Both the position numbers and the translations under genes were made by a program. DNA of 64,000 bases, from NCBI GenBank assembly GCA_964057225.1, contig OZ059896.1, positions 1,116,001 to 1,180,000 on the forward strand, given 5' to 3'. Shown piece by piece: positions 40,701 to 55,100 of the stretch. Every line of letters starts with the position of its first letter. Position 1 is the stretch's first letter. The DNA comes from Auanema rhodensis (lineage: Eukaryota > Animalia > Nematoda). The notes beneath the pieces were generated by a model that saw only the letters and a program-made list of their open reading frames with translations, was not told the DNA's origin and ran no database searches.

Positions 40701-43149
40701 TTGCTAAATTATTTTGAAATTTTTCGAAAAAATTTTGTCAAAATGTTTTTGGAAGCAATGTTGAGTGTACATGGAAACTCAACATACACTAATGCATCAT
40801 TTTTCAAACGATCATAACTAATTTTTGTATTAAGCTTTCCTCAATGTAATATAGTGCATTCGATGCGGATTTTTAAGCTGCGTCGATCTGTGTTATTAGA
40901 TTTGCGCTAGCTTAAAAATGCACCGAGATATCAACCTGATATAAGTTCACACTTATATCCTCGATTTTCACCCTGAAGAATTAATTTTTTCGTTGAATAA
41001 CATTGTCCATCGTTTTTGCCTTGAAAAAAGGAATCTAAAAACATCTACTTTTTGCTAAATTATTTTGAAATTTTTCGAAAAAATTTTTGTCAAAATGTTT
41101 TTGGAAGCAATTTTGAGTGTACATGGAAACTCAACATACACTAATGCATCATTTTTCAAACAATCATAACTAATTTTTGTATTAAGCTTTCCTCAATGTA
41201 ATATAGTGCATTCGATGCGGAGTTTTAAGCTGCGTCGATCTGTGTTATTAGATTTGCGCTAGCTTAAAAATGCACCGAGATATCAACTGATATAAGTTCA
41301 CACTTATATCCTCGATTTTCACCCTGAAGAATTAATTTTTTCGTTGAATAACATTGTCCATCGTTTTTGCCTTGAAAAAAGGAATCTAAAAACATCTACT
41401 TTTTGCTAAATTATTTTGAAATTTTTCGAAAAAATTTTTGTCAAAATGTTTTTGGAAGCAATTTTGAGTGTACATGGAAACTCAACATACACTAATGCAT
41501 CATTTTTCAAACGATCATAACTAATTTTTGTATTAAGCTTTCCTCAATGTAATATAGTGCATTCGATGCGGATTTTTAAGCTGCGTCGATCTGTGTTATT
41601 AGATTTGCGCTAGCTTAAAAATGCACCGAGATATCAACTGATATAAGTTCACACTTATATCCTCGATTTTCACCCTGAAGAATTAATTTTTTCGTTGAAT
41701 AACATTGTCCATCGTTTTTGCCTTGAAAAAAGGAATCTAAAAACATCTACTTTTTGCTAAATTATTTTGAAATTTTTCGAAAAAATTTTTGTCAAAATGT
41801 TTTTGGAAGCAATTTTGAGTGTACATGGAAACTCAACATACACTAATGCATCATTTTTCAAACAATCATAACTAATTTTTGTATTAAGCTTTCCTCAATG
41901 TAATATAGTGCATTCGATGCGGAGTTTTAAGCTGCGTCGATCTGTGTTATTAGATTTGCGCTAGCTTAAAAATGCACCGAGATATCAACTGATATAAGTT
42001 CACACTTATATCCTCGATTTTCACCCTGAAGAATTAATTTTTTCGTTGAATAACATTGTCCATCGTTTTTGCCTTGAAAAAAGGAATCTAAAAACATCTA
42101 CTTTTTGCTAAATTATTTTGAAATTTTTCGAAAAAATTTTTGTCAAAATGTTTTTGGAAGCAATGTTGAGTGTACATGGAAACTCAACATACACTAATGC
42201 ATCATTTTTCAAACGATCATAACTAATTTTTGTGATGAGCGTTTCTCCATGTAGTATAATGCATTCGATGCGGATTTTTAAGCTGCGTCGATCTGTGTTA
42301 TCAGATTTGCGCTAGCTTAAAAATGCACCGAGATATCAACTGATATAAGTTCACACTTATATCCTCGATTTTCACCCTGAAGAATTAATTTTTTCGTTGA
42401 ATAACATTGTCCATCGTTTTTGCCTTGAAAGAAGGAATCTAAAAACATCTACTTTTTGCTAAATTATTTTGAAATTTTTCGAAAAAATTTTTGTCAAAAT
42501 GTTTTTGGAAGCAATTTTGAGTGTACATGGAAACTCAACATACACTAATGCATCATTTTTCAAACGATCATAACTAATTTTTGTATTAAGCTTTCCTCAA
42601 TGTAATATAGTGCATTCGATGCGGATTTTTAAGCTGCGTCGATCTGTGTTATCAGATTTGCGCTAGCTTAAAAATGCACCTAGATATCATCTGATATAAG
42701 TTCACACTTATATCCTCGATTTTCACCCTGAAGAATTAATTTTTTCGTTGAATAACATTGTCCATCGTTTTTGCCTTGAAAAAAGGAATCTAAAAACATC
42801 TACTTTTTGCTAAATTATTTTGAAATTTTTCGAAAAAATTTTTGTCAAAATGTTTTTGGAAGCAATGTTGAGTGTACATGGAAACTCAACATACACTAAT
42901 GCATCATTTTTCAAACGATCATAACTAATTTTTGTATTAAGCTTTTCTCAATGTAATATAGTGCATTCGATGCGGTTTTTTAAGCTGCGTCGATCTGTGT
43001 TATCAGATTTGCGCTAGCTTAAAAATGCACCGAGATATTAACTGATATAAGTTCACACTTATATCCTCGATTTTCACCCTGAAGAATTAATTTTTTCGTT
43101 GAATAACATTGTCCATCGTTTTTGCCTCAAAAAAAGGAATCTAAAAACA

Positions 43150-46100
43150 TCTACTTTTTGCGAAATTATTTTGAAATTTTTCGAAAAAATTTTGTCAAAA
43201 TGTTTTTGGAAGCAATGTTGAGTGTACATGGAAACTCAACATACACTAATGCATCATTTTTCAAACGATCATAACTAATTTTTGTGATGAGCGTTTCTCC
43301 ATGTAGTATAATGCATTCGATGCGGATTTTTAAGCTGCGTCGATCTGTGTTATCAGATTTGCGCTAGCTTAAAAATGCACCGAGATATCAACTGATATAA
43401 GTTCACACTTATATCCTCGATTTTCACCCTGAAGAATTAATTTTTTCGTTGAATAACATTGTCCATCGTTTTTGCCTAGAAAGAAGGAATCTAAAAACAT
43501 CTACTTTTTGCTAAATTATTTTGAAATTTTTCGAAAAAATTTTTGTCAAAATGTTTTTGGAAGCAATTTTGAGTGTACATGGAAACTCAACATACACTAA
43601 TGCATCATTTTTCAAACGATCATAACTAATTTTTGTATTAAGCTTTTCTCAATGTAGTATAGTGCATTCGATGCGGACTTTTAAGCTGCGTCGATCTGTG
43701 TTATCAGATTTGCGCTAGCTTAAAAATGCACCGAGATATTAACTGATATAAGTTCACACTTATATCCTCGATTTTCACCCTGAAGAATTAATTTTTTCGT
43801 TGAATAACATTGTACATCGTTTTTGCCTTGAAAGAAGGAATCTAAAAACATCTACTTTTTGCTAAATTATTTTGAAATTTTTCGAAAAAATTTTTGTCAA
43901 AATGTTTTTGGAAGCAATTTTGAGTGTACATGGAAACTCAACATACACTAATGCATCATTTTTCAAACGATCATAACTAATTTTTGTATTAAGCTTTTCT
44001 CCATGTAGTATAATGCATTCGATGCGGATTTTTAAGCTGCGTCGATCTGTGTTATCAGATTTGCGCTAGCTTAAAAATGCACCGAGATATCAACTGATAT
44101 AAGTTCACACTTATATCCTCGATTTTCACCCTGAAGAATTAATTTTTTCGTTGAATAACATTGTCCATCGTTTTTGCCTTGAAAGAAGGAATCTAAAAAC
44201 ATCTACTTTTTGCTAAATTATTTTGAAATTTTTCGAAAAAATTTTTGTCAAAATGTTTTTGGAAGCAATTTTGAGTGTACATGGAAACTCAACATACACT
44301 AATGCATCATTTTTCAAACGATCATAACTAATTTTTGTATTAAGCTTTCCTCAATGTAATATAGTGCATTCGATGCGGATTTTTAAGCTGCGTCGATCTG
44401 TGTTATCAGATTTGCGCTAGCTTAAAAATGCACCGAGATATCAACTGATATAAGTTCACACTTATATCCTCGATTTTCACCCTGAAGAATTAATTTTTTC
44501 GTTGAATAACATTGTCCATCGTTTTTGCCTCGAAAAAAGGAATCTAAAAACATCTACTTTTTGCTAAATTATTTTGAAATTTTTCGAAAAAATTTTTGTC
44601 AAAATGATTTTGGAAGCAATTTTGAGTGTACATGGAAACTCAACATACACTAATGCATCATTTTTCAAACGATCATAACTAATTTTTGTATTAAGCTTTT
44701 CTTAATGTAGTATAGTGCATTCGATGCGGACTTTTAAGCTGCGTCGATCTGTGTTATCAGATTTGCGCTAGCTTAAAAATGCACCGAGATATCAACTGAT
44801 ATAAGTTCACACTTATATCCTCGATTTTCACCCTGAAGAATTAATTTTTTCGTTGAATAACATTGTCCATCGTTTTTGCCTCGAAAAAAGGAATCTAAAA
44901 ACATCTACTTTTTGCTAAATTATTTTGAAATTTTTCGAAAAAATATTTGTCAAAATGTTTTTGGAAGCAATTTTGAGTGTACATGGAAACTCAACATACA
45001 CTAATGCATCATTTTTCAAACGATCATAACTAATTTTTGTATTAAGCTTTTCTTAATGTAGTATAGTGCATTCGATGCGGACTTTTAAGCTGCGTCGATC
45101 TATGTTATCAGATTTGCGCTAGCTTAAAAATGCACCGAGATATCAACTGATATAAGTTCACACTTATATCCTCGATTTTCACCCTGAAGAATTAATTTTT
45201 TCGTTGAATAACATTGTCCATCGTTTTTGCCTTGAAAGAAGGAATCTAAAAACATCTACTTTTTGCTAAATTATTTTGAAATTTTTCGAAAAAATTTTGT
45301 CAAAATGTTTTTGGAAGCAATGTTGAGTGTACATGGAAACTCAACATACACTAATGCATCATTTTTCAAACGATCATAACTAATTTTTGTATTAAGCTTT
45401 TCTTAATGTAGTATAGTGCATTCGATGCGGACTTTTAAGCTGCGTCGATCTATGTTATCAGATTTGCGCTAGCTTAAAAATGCACCGAGATATTAACTGA
45501 TATAAGTTCACACTTATATCCTCGATTTTCACCCTGAAGAATTAATTTTTTCGTTGAATAACATTGTCCATCGTTTTTGCCTCAAAAAAAGGAATCTAAA
45601 AACATCTACTTTTTGCGAAATTATTTTGAAATTTTTCGAAAAAATTTTGTCAAAATGTTTTTGGAAGCAATGTTGAGTGTACATGGAAACTCAACATACA
45701 CTAATGCATCATTTTTCAAACGATCATAACTTATTTTTGTGATGAGCGTTTCTCCATGTAGTATAATGCATTCGATGCGGATTTTTAAGCTGCGTCGATC
45801 TGTGTTATCAGATTTGCGCTAGCTTAAAAATGCACCGAGATATCAACTGATATAAGTTCACACTTATATCCTCGATTTTCACCCTGAAGAATTAATTTTT
45901 TCGTTGAATAACATTGTCCATCGTTTTTGCCTAGAAAGAAGGAATCTAAAAACATCTACTTTTTGCTAAATTATTTTGAAATTTTTCGAAAAAATTTTTG
46001 TCAAAATGTTTTTGGAAGCAATTTTGAGTGTACATGGAAACTCAACATACACTAATGCATCATTTTTCAAACGATCATAACTAATTTTTGTATTAAGCTT

Positions 46101-49100
46101 TTCTCAATGTAGTATAGTGCATTCGATGCGGACTTTTAAGCTGCGTCGATCTGTGTTATCAGATTTGCGCTAGCTTAAAAATGCACCGAGATATTAACTG
46201 ATATAAGTTCACACTTATATCCTCGATTTTCACCCTGAAGAATTAATTTTTTCGTTGAATAACATTGTACATTGTTTTTGCCTTGAAAGAAGGAATCTAA
46301 AAACATCTACTTTTTGCTAAATTATTTTGAAATTTTTCGAAAAAATTTTTGTCAAAATGTTTTTGGAAGCAATTTTGAGTGTACATGGAAACTCAACATA
46401 CACTAATGCATCATTTTTCAAACGATCATAACTAATTTTTGTATTAAGCTTTTCTCCATGTAGTATAATGCATTCGATGCGGATTTTTAAGCTGCGTCGA
46501 TCTGTGTTATCAGATTTGCGCTAGCTTAAAAATGCACCGAGATATCAACTGATATAAGTTCACACTTATATCCTCGATTTTCACCCTGAAGAATTAATTT
46601 TTTCGTTGAATAACATTGTCCATCGTTTTTGCCTTGAAAGAAGGAATCTAAAAACATCTACTTTTTGCTAAATTATTTTGAAATTTTTCGAAAAAATTTT
46701 TGTCAAAATGTTTTTGGAAGCAATGTTGAGTGTACATGGAAACTCAACATACACTAATGCATCATTTTTCAAACGATCATAACTAATTTTTGTATTAAGC
46801 TTTTCTTAATGTAGTATAGTGCATTCGATGCGGACTTTTAAGCTGCGTCGATCTGTGTTATCAGATTTGCGCTAGCTTAAAAATGCACCGAGATATCAAC
46901 TGATATAAGTTCACACTTATATCCTCGATTTTCACCCTGAAGAATTAATTTTTTCGTTGAATAACATTGTCCATCGTTTTTGCCTCGAAAAAAGGAATCT
47001 AAAAACATCTACTTTTTGCTAAATTATTTTGAAATTTTTCGAAAAAATATTTGTCAAAATGTTTTTGGAAGCAATTTTGAGTGTACATGGAAACTCAACA
47101 TACACTAATGCATCATTTTTCAAACGATCATAACTAATTTTTGTATTAAGCTTTTCTTAATGTAGTATAGTGCATTCGATGCGGACTTTTAAGCTGCGTC
47201 GATCTATGTTATCAGATTTGCGCTAGCTTAAAAATGCACCGAGATATCAACTGATATAAGTTCACACTTATATCCTCGATTTTCACCCTGAAGAATTAAT
47301 TTTTTCGTTGAATAACATTGTCCATCGTTTTTGCCTTGAAAGAAGGAATCTAAAAACATCTACTTTTTGCTAAATTATTTTGAAATTTTTCGAAAAAATT
47401 TTGTCAAAATGTTTTTGGAAGCAATGTTGAGTGTACATGGAAACTCAACATACACTAATGCATCATTTTTCAAACGATCATAACTAATTTTTGTATTAAG
47501 CTTTTCTTAATGTAGTATAGTGCATTCGATGCGGACTTTTAAGCTGCGTCGATCTATGTTATCAGATTTGCGCTAGCTTAAAAATGCACCGAGATATTAA
47601 CTGATATAAGTTCACACTTATATCCTCGATTTTCACCCTGAAGAATTAATTTTTTCGTTGAATAACATTGTCCATCGTTTTTGCCTCAAAAAAAGGAATC
47701 TAAAAACATCTACTTTTTGCGAAATTATTTTGAAATTTTTCGAAAAAATTTTGTCAAAATGTTTTTGGAAGCAATGTTGAGTGTACATGGAAACTCAACA
47801 TACACTAATGCATCATTTTTCAAACGATCATAACTAATTTTTGTGATGAGCGTTTCTCCATGTAGTATAATGCATTCGATGCGGATTTTTAAGCTGCGTC
47901 GATCTGTGTTATCAGATTTGCGCTAGCTTAAAAATGCACCGAGATATCAACTGATATAAGTTCACACTTATATCCTCGATTTTCACCCTGAAGAATTAAT
48001 TTTTTCGTTGAATAACATTGTCCATCGTTTTTGCCTAGAAAGAAGGAATCTAAAAACATCTACTTTTTGCTAAATTATTTTGAAATTTTTCGAAAAAATT
48101 TTTGTCAAAATGTTTTTGGAAGCAATTTTGAGTGTACATGGAAACTCAACATACACTAATGCATCATTTTTCAAACGATCATAACTAATTTTTGTATTAA
48201 GCTTTTCTCAATGTAGTATAGTGCATTCGATGCGGACTTTTAAGCTGCGTCGATCTGTGTTATCAGATTTGCGCTAGCTTAAAAATGCACCGAGATATTA
48301 ACTGATATAAGTTCACACTTATATCCTCGATTTTCACCCTGAAGAATTAATTTTTTCGTTGAATAACATTGTACATTGTTTTTGCCTTGAAAGAAGGAAT
48401 CTAAAAACATCTACTTTTTGCTAAATTATTTTGAAATTTTTCGAAAAAATTTTTGTCAAAATGTTTTTGGAAGCAATTTTGAGTGTACATGGAAACTCAA
48501 CATACACTAATGCATCATTTTTCAAACGATCATAACTAATTTTTGTATTAAGCTTTTCTCCATGTAGTATAATGCATTCGATGCGGATTTTTAAGCTGCG
48601 TCGATCTGTGTTATCAGATTTGCGCTAGCTTAAAAATGCACCGAGATATCAACTGATATAAGTTCACACTTATATCCTCGATTTTCACCCTGAAGAATTA
48701 ATTTTTTCGTTGAATAACATTGTCCATCGTTTTTGCCTTGAAAGAAGGAATCTAAAAACATCTACTTTTTGCTAAATTATTTTGAAATTTTTCGAAAAAA
48801 TTTTTGTCAAAATGTTTTTGGAAGCAATTTTGAGTGTACATGGAAACTCAACATACACTAATGCATCATTTTTCAAACGATCATAACTAATTTTTGTATT
48901 AAGCTTTCCTCAATGTAATATAGTGCATTCGATGCGGATTTTTAAGCTGCGTCGATCTGTGTTATCAGATTTGCGCTAGCTTAAAAATGCACCGAGATAT
49001 CAACTGATATAAGTTCACACTTATATCCTCGATTTTCACCCTGAAGAATTAATTTTTTCGTTGAATAACATTGTCCATCGTTTTTGCCTCGAAAAAAGGA

Positions 49101-49121
49101 ATCTAAAAACATCTACTTTTT
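43150..49121. repeat. Higher-order repeat: about three copies of a 6-7-monomer unit
   Basis: The rare variant GCCTAGAAAG has its diagnostic A at 43478, 45933 and 48037 (spacings 2455 = 7x351-2 and 2104 = 6x351-2). Each is followed by a monomer with ATTGTACAT and then one with CTTTTCTCCAT. AAATATTTGT occurs at about 44944 and 47049. Confidence 0.8.
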
Positions 49122-52100
49122 GCTAAATTATTTTGAAATTTTTCGAAAAAATTTTTGTCAAAATGTTTTTGGAAGCAATTTTGAGTGTACATGGAAACTC
49201 AACATACACTAATGCATCATTTTTCAAACGATCATAACTAATTTTTGTATTAAGCTTTTCTTAATGTAGTATAGTGCATTCGATGCGGACTTTTAAGCTG
49301 CGTCGATCTATGTTATCAGATTTGCGCTAGCTTAAAAATGCACCGAGATATTAACTGATATAAGTTCACACTTATATCCTCGATTTTCACCCTGAAGAAT
49401 TAATTTTTTCGTTGAATAACATTGTCCATCGTTTTTGCCTTGAAAAAAGGAATCTAAAAACATCTACTTTTTGCTAAATTATTTTGAAATTTTTCGAAAA
49501 AATTTTTGTCAAAATGTTTTTGGAAGCAATTTTGAGTGTACATGGAAACTCAACATACACTAATGCATCATTTTTCAAACGATCATAACTAATTTTTGTA
49601 TTGAGCGTTTCTTAATGTATTATAGTGCATTCGATGCGGATTTTTAAGCTGCTTCGATCTGTGTTATCAGATTTGCGCTAGCTTAAAAATGCACCGAGAT
49701 ATCAACTGATATAAGTTCACACTTATATCCTCGATTTTCACCCTGAAGAATTAATTTTTTCGTTGAATAACATTGTCCATCGTTTTTGCCTCGAAAAAAG
49801 GAATCTAAAAACATCTACTTTTTGCTAAATTATTTTGAAATTTTTCGAAAAAATTTTTGTCAAAATGTTTTTGGAAACAATTTTGAGTGTACATGGAAAC
49901 TCAACATACACTAATGCATCATTTTTCAAACGATCATAACTAATTTTTGTATTAAGCTTTTCTTAATGTAGTATAGTGCATTCGATGCGGACTTTTAAGC
50001 TGCGTCGATCTATGTTATCAGATTTGCGCTAGCTTAAAAATGCACCGAGATATTAACTGATATAAGTTCACACTTATATCCTCGATTTTCACCCTGAAGA
50101 ATTAATTTTTTCGTTGAATAACATTGTCCATCGTTTTTGCCTCAAAAAAAGGAATCTAAAAACATCTACTTTTTGCGAAATTATTTTGAAATTTTTCGAA
50201 AAAATTTTGTCAAAATGTTTTTGGAAGCAATGTTGAGTGTACATGGAAACTCAACATACACTAATGCATCATTTTTCAAACGATCATAACTAATTTTTGT
50301 GATGAGCGTTTCTCCATGTAGTATAATGCATTCGATGCGGATTTTTAAGCTGCGTCGATCTGTGTTATCAGATTTGCGCTAGCTTAAAAATGCACCGAGA
50401 TATCAACTGATATAAGTTCACACTTATATCCTCGATTTTCACCCTGAAGAATTAATTTTTTCGTTGAATAACATTGTCCATCGTTTTTGCCTTGAAAGAA
50501 GGAATCTAAAAACATCTACTTTTTGCTAAATTATTTTGAAATTTTTCGAAAAAATTTTGTCAAAATGTTTTTGGAAGCAATGTTGAGTGTACATGGAAAC
50601 TCAACATACACTAATGCATCATTTTTCAAACGATCATAACTAATTTTTGTATTAAGCTTTTCTTAATGTAGTATAGTGCATTCGATGCGGACTTTTAAGC
50701 TGCGTCGATCTATGTTATCAGATTTGCGCTAGCTTAAAAATGCACCGAGATATTAACTGATATAAGTTCACACTTATATCCTCGATTTTCACCCTGAAGA
50801 ATTAATTTTTTCGTTGAATAACATTGTCCATCGTTTTTGCCTCAAAAAAAGGAATCTAAAAACATCTACTTTTTGCGAAATTATTTTGAAATTTTTCGAA
50901 AAAATTTTGTCAAAATGTTTTTGGAAGCAATGTTGAGTGTACATGGAAACTCAACATACACTAATGCATCATTTTTCAAACGATCATAACTAATTTTTGT
51001 GATGAGCGTTTCTCCATGTAGTATAATGCATTCGATGCGGATTTTTAAGCTGCTTCGATCTGTGTTATCAGATTTGCGCTAGCTTAAAAATGCACCGAGA
51101 TATCAACTGATATAAGTTCACACTTATATCCTCGATTTTCACCCTGAAGAATTAATTTTTTCGTTGAATAACATTGTCCATCGTTTTTGCCTTGAAAGAA
51201 GGAATCTAAAAACATCTACTTTTTGCTAAATTATTTTGAAATTTTTCGAAAAAATTTTGTCAAAATGTTTTTGGAAGCAATGTTGAGTGTACATGGAAAC
51301 TCAACATACACTAATGCATCATTTTTCAAACGATCATAACTAATTTTTGTGATGAGCGTTTCTCCATGTAGTATAATGCATTCGATGCGGACTTTTAAGC
51401 TGCGTCGATCTATGTTATCAGATTTGCGCTAGCTTAAAAATGCACCGAGATATTAACTGATATAAGTTCACACTTATATCCTCGATTTTCACCCTGAAGA
51501 ATTAATTTTTTCGTTGAATAACATTGTCCATCGTTTTTGCCTTGAAAAAAGGAATCTAAAAACATCTACTTTTTGCTAAATTATTTTGAAATTTTTCGAA
51601 AAAATTTTTGTCAAAATGTTTTTGGAAGCAATTTTGAGTGTACATGGAAACTCAACATACACTAATGCATCATTTTTCAAACGATCATAACTAATTTTTG
51701 TATTGAGCGTTTCTTAATGTATTATAGTGCATTCGATGCGGATTTTTAAGCTGCTTCGATCTGTGTTATCAGATTTGCGCTAGCTTAAAAATGCACCGAG
51801 ATATCAACTGATATAAGTTCACACTTATATCCTCGATTTTCACCCTGAAGAATTAATTTTTTCGTTGAATAACATTGTCCATCGTTTTTGCCTCGAAAAA
51901 AGGAATCTAAAAACATCTACTTTTTGCGAAATTATTTTGAAATTTTTCGAAAAAATTTTGTCAAAATGTTTTTGGAAGCAATGTTGAGTGTACATGGAAA
52001 CTCAACATACACTAATGCATCATTTTTCAAACGATCATAACTAATTTTTGTGATGAGCGTTTCTCCATGTAGTATAATGCATTCGATGCGGATTTTTAAG

Positions 52101-55100
52101 CTGCGTCGATCTGTGTTATCAGATTTGCGCTAGCTTAAAAATGCACCGAGATATCAACTGATATAAGTTCACACTTATATCCTCGATTTTCACCCTGAAG
52201 AATTAATTTTTTCGTTGAATAACATTGTCCATCGTTTTTGCCTTGAAAGAAGGAATCTAAAAACATCTACTTTTTGCTAAATTATTTTGAAATTTTTCGA
52301 AAAAATTTTGTCAAAATGTTTTTGGAAGCAATGTTGAGTGTACATGGAAACTCAACATACACTAATGCATCATTTTTCAAACGATCATAACTAATTTTTG
52401 TATTAAGCTTTTCTTAATGTAGTATAGTGCATTCGATGCGGACTTTTAAGCTGCGTCGATCTATGTTATCAGATTTGCGCTAGCTTAAAAATGCACCGAG
52501 ATATTAACTGATATAAGTTCACACTTATATCCTCGATTTTCACCCTGAAGAATTAATTTTTTCGTTGAATAACATTGTCCATCGTTTTTGCCTCAAAAAA
52601 AGGAATCTAAAAACATCTACTTTTTGCGAAATTATTTTGAAATTTTTCGAAAAAATTTTGTCAAAATGTTTTTGGAAGCAATGTTGAGTGTACATGGAAA
52701 CTCAACATACACTAATGCATCATTTTTCAAACGATCATAACTAATTTTTGTGATGAGCGTTTCTCCATGTAGTATAATGCATTCGATGCGGATTTTTAAG
52801 CTGCGTCGATCTGTGTTATCAGATTTACGCTAGCTTAAAAATGCACCGAGATATCAACTGATATAAGTTCACACTTATATCCTCGATTTTCACCCTGAAG
52901 AATTAATTTTTTCGTTGAATAACATTGTCCATCGTTTTTGCCTTGAAAGAAGGAATCTAAAAACATCTACTTTTTGCTAAATTATTTTGAAATTTTTCGA
53001 AAAAATTTTTGTCAAAATGTTTTTGGAAGCAATTTTGAGTGTACATGGAAACTCAACATACACTAATGCATCATTTTTCAAACGATCATAACTAATTTTT
53101 GTATTAAGCTTTTCTCAATGTAGTATAGTGCATTCGATGCGGACTTTTAAGCTGCGTCGATCTGTGTTATCAGATTTGCGCTAGCTTAAAAATGCACCGA
53201 GATATTAACTGATATAAGTTCACACTTATATCCTCGATTTTCACCCTGAAGAATTAATTTTTTCGTTGAATAACATTGTCCATCGTTTTTGCCTCAAAAA
53301 AAGGAATCTAAAAACATCTACTTTTTGCGAAATTATTTTGAAATTTTTCGAAAAAATTTTGTCAAAATGTTTTTGGAAGCAATGTTGAGTGTACATGGAA
53401 ACTCAACATACACTAATGCATCATTTTTCAAACGATCATAACTAATTTTTGTGATGAGCGTTTCTCCATGTAGTATAATGCATTCGATGCGGATTTTTAA
53501 GCTGCGTCGATCTGTGTTATCAGATTTGCGCTAGCTTAAAAATGCACCGAGATATCAACTGATATAAGTTCACACTTATATCCTCGATTTTCACCCTGAA
53601 GAATTAATTTTTTCGTTGAATAACATTGTCCATCGTTTTTGCCTTGAAAGAAGGAATCTAAAAACATCTACTTTTTGCTAAATTATTTTGAAATTTTTCG
53701 AAAAAATTTTTGTCAAAATGTTTTTGGAAGCAATTTTGAGTGTACATGGAAACTCAACATACACTAATGCATCATTTTTCAAACGATCATAACTAATTTT
53801 TGTATTAAGTTTTTCTTAATGTAGTATAGTGCATTCGATGCGGACTTTTAAGCTGCGTCGATCTATGTTATCAGATTTGCGCTAGCTTAAAAATGCACCG
53901 AGATATTAACTGATATAAGTTCACACTTATATCCTCGATTTTCACCCTGAAGAATTAATTTTTTCGTTGAATAACATTGTCCATCGTTTTTGCCTCAAAA
54001 AAAGGAATCTAAAAACATCTACTTTTTGCGAAATTATTTTGAAATTTTTCGAAAAAATTTTGTCAAAATGTTTTTGGAAGCAATGTTGAGTGTACATGGA
54101 AACTCAACATACACTAATGCATCATTTTTCAAACGATCATAACTAATTTTTGTGATGAGCGTTTCTCCATGTAGTATAATGCATTCGATGCGGATTTTTA
54201 AGCTGCGTCGATCTGTGTTATCAGATTTACGCTAGCTTAAAAATGCACCGAGATATCAACTGATATAAGTTCACACTTATATCCTCGATTTTCACCCTGA
54301 AGAATTAATTTTTTCGTTGAATAACATTGTCCATCGTTCTTGCCTTGAAAGAAGGAATCTAAAAACATCTACTTTTTGCTAAATTATTTTGAAATTTTTC
54401 GAAAAAATTTTTGTCAAAATGTTTTTGGAAGCAATTTTGAGTGTACATGGAAACTCAACATACACTAATGCATCATTTTTCAAACGATCATAACTAATTT
54501 TTGTATTAAGCTTTTCTCAATGTAGTATAGTGCATTCGATGCGGACTTTTAAGCTGCGTCGATCTGTGTTATCAGATTTGCGCTAGCTTAAAAATGCACC
54601 GAGATATTAACTGATATAAGTTCACACTTATATCCTCGATTTTCACCCTGAAGAATTAATTTTTTCGTTGAATAACATTGTCCATCGTTTTTGCCTTGAA
54701 AGAAGGAATCTAAAAACATCTACTTTTTGCTAAATTATTTTGAAATTTTTCGAAAAAATTTTTGTCAAAATGTTTTTGGAAGCAATTTTGAGTGTACATG
54801 GAAACTCAACATACACTAATGCATCATTTTTCAAACGATCATAACTAATTTTTGTATTAAGCTTTTCTCAATGTAATATAGTGCATTCGATGCGGTTTTT
54901 TAAGCTGCGTCGATCTGTGTTATCAGATTTGCGCTAGCTTAAAAATGCACCGAGATATTAACTGATATAAGTTCACACTTATATCCTCGATTTTCACCCT
55001 GAAGAATTAATTTTTTCGTTGAATAACATTGTCCATCGTTTTTGCCTCAAAAAAAGGAATCTAAAAACATCTACTTTTTGCGAAATTATTTTGAAATTTT

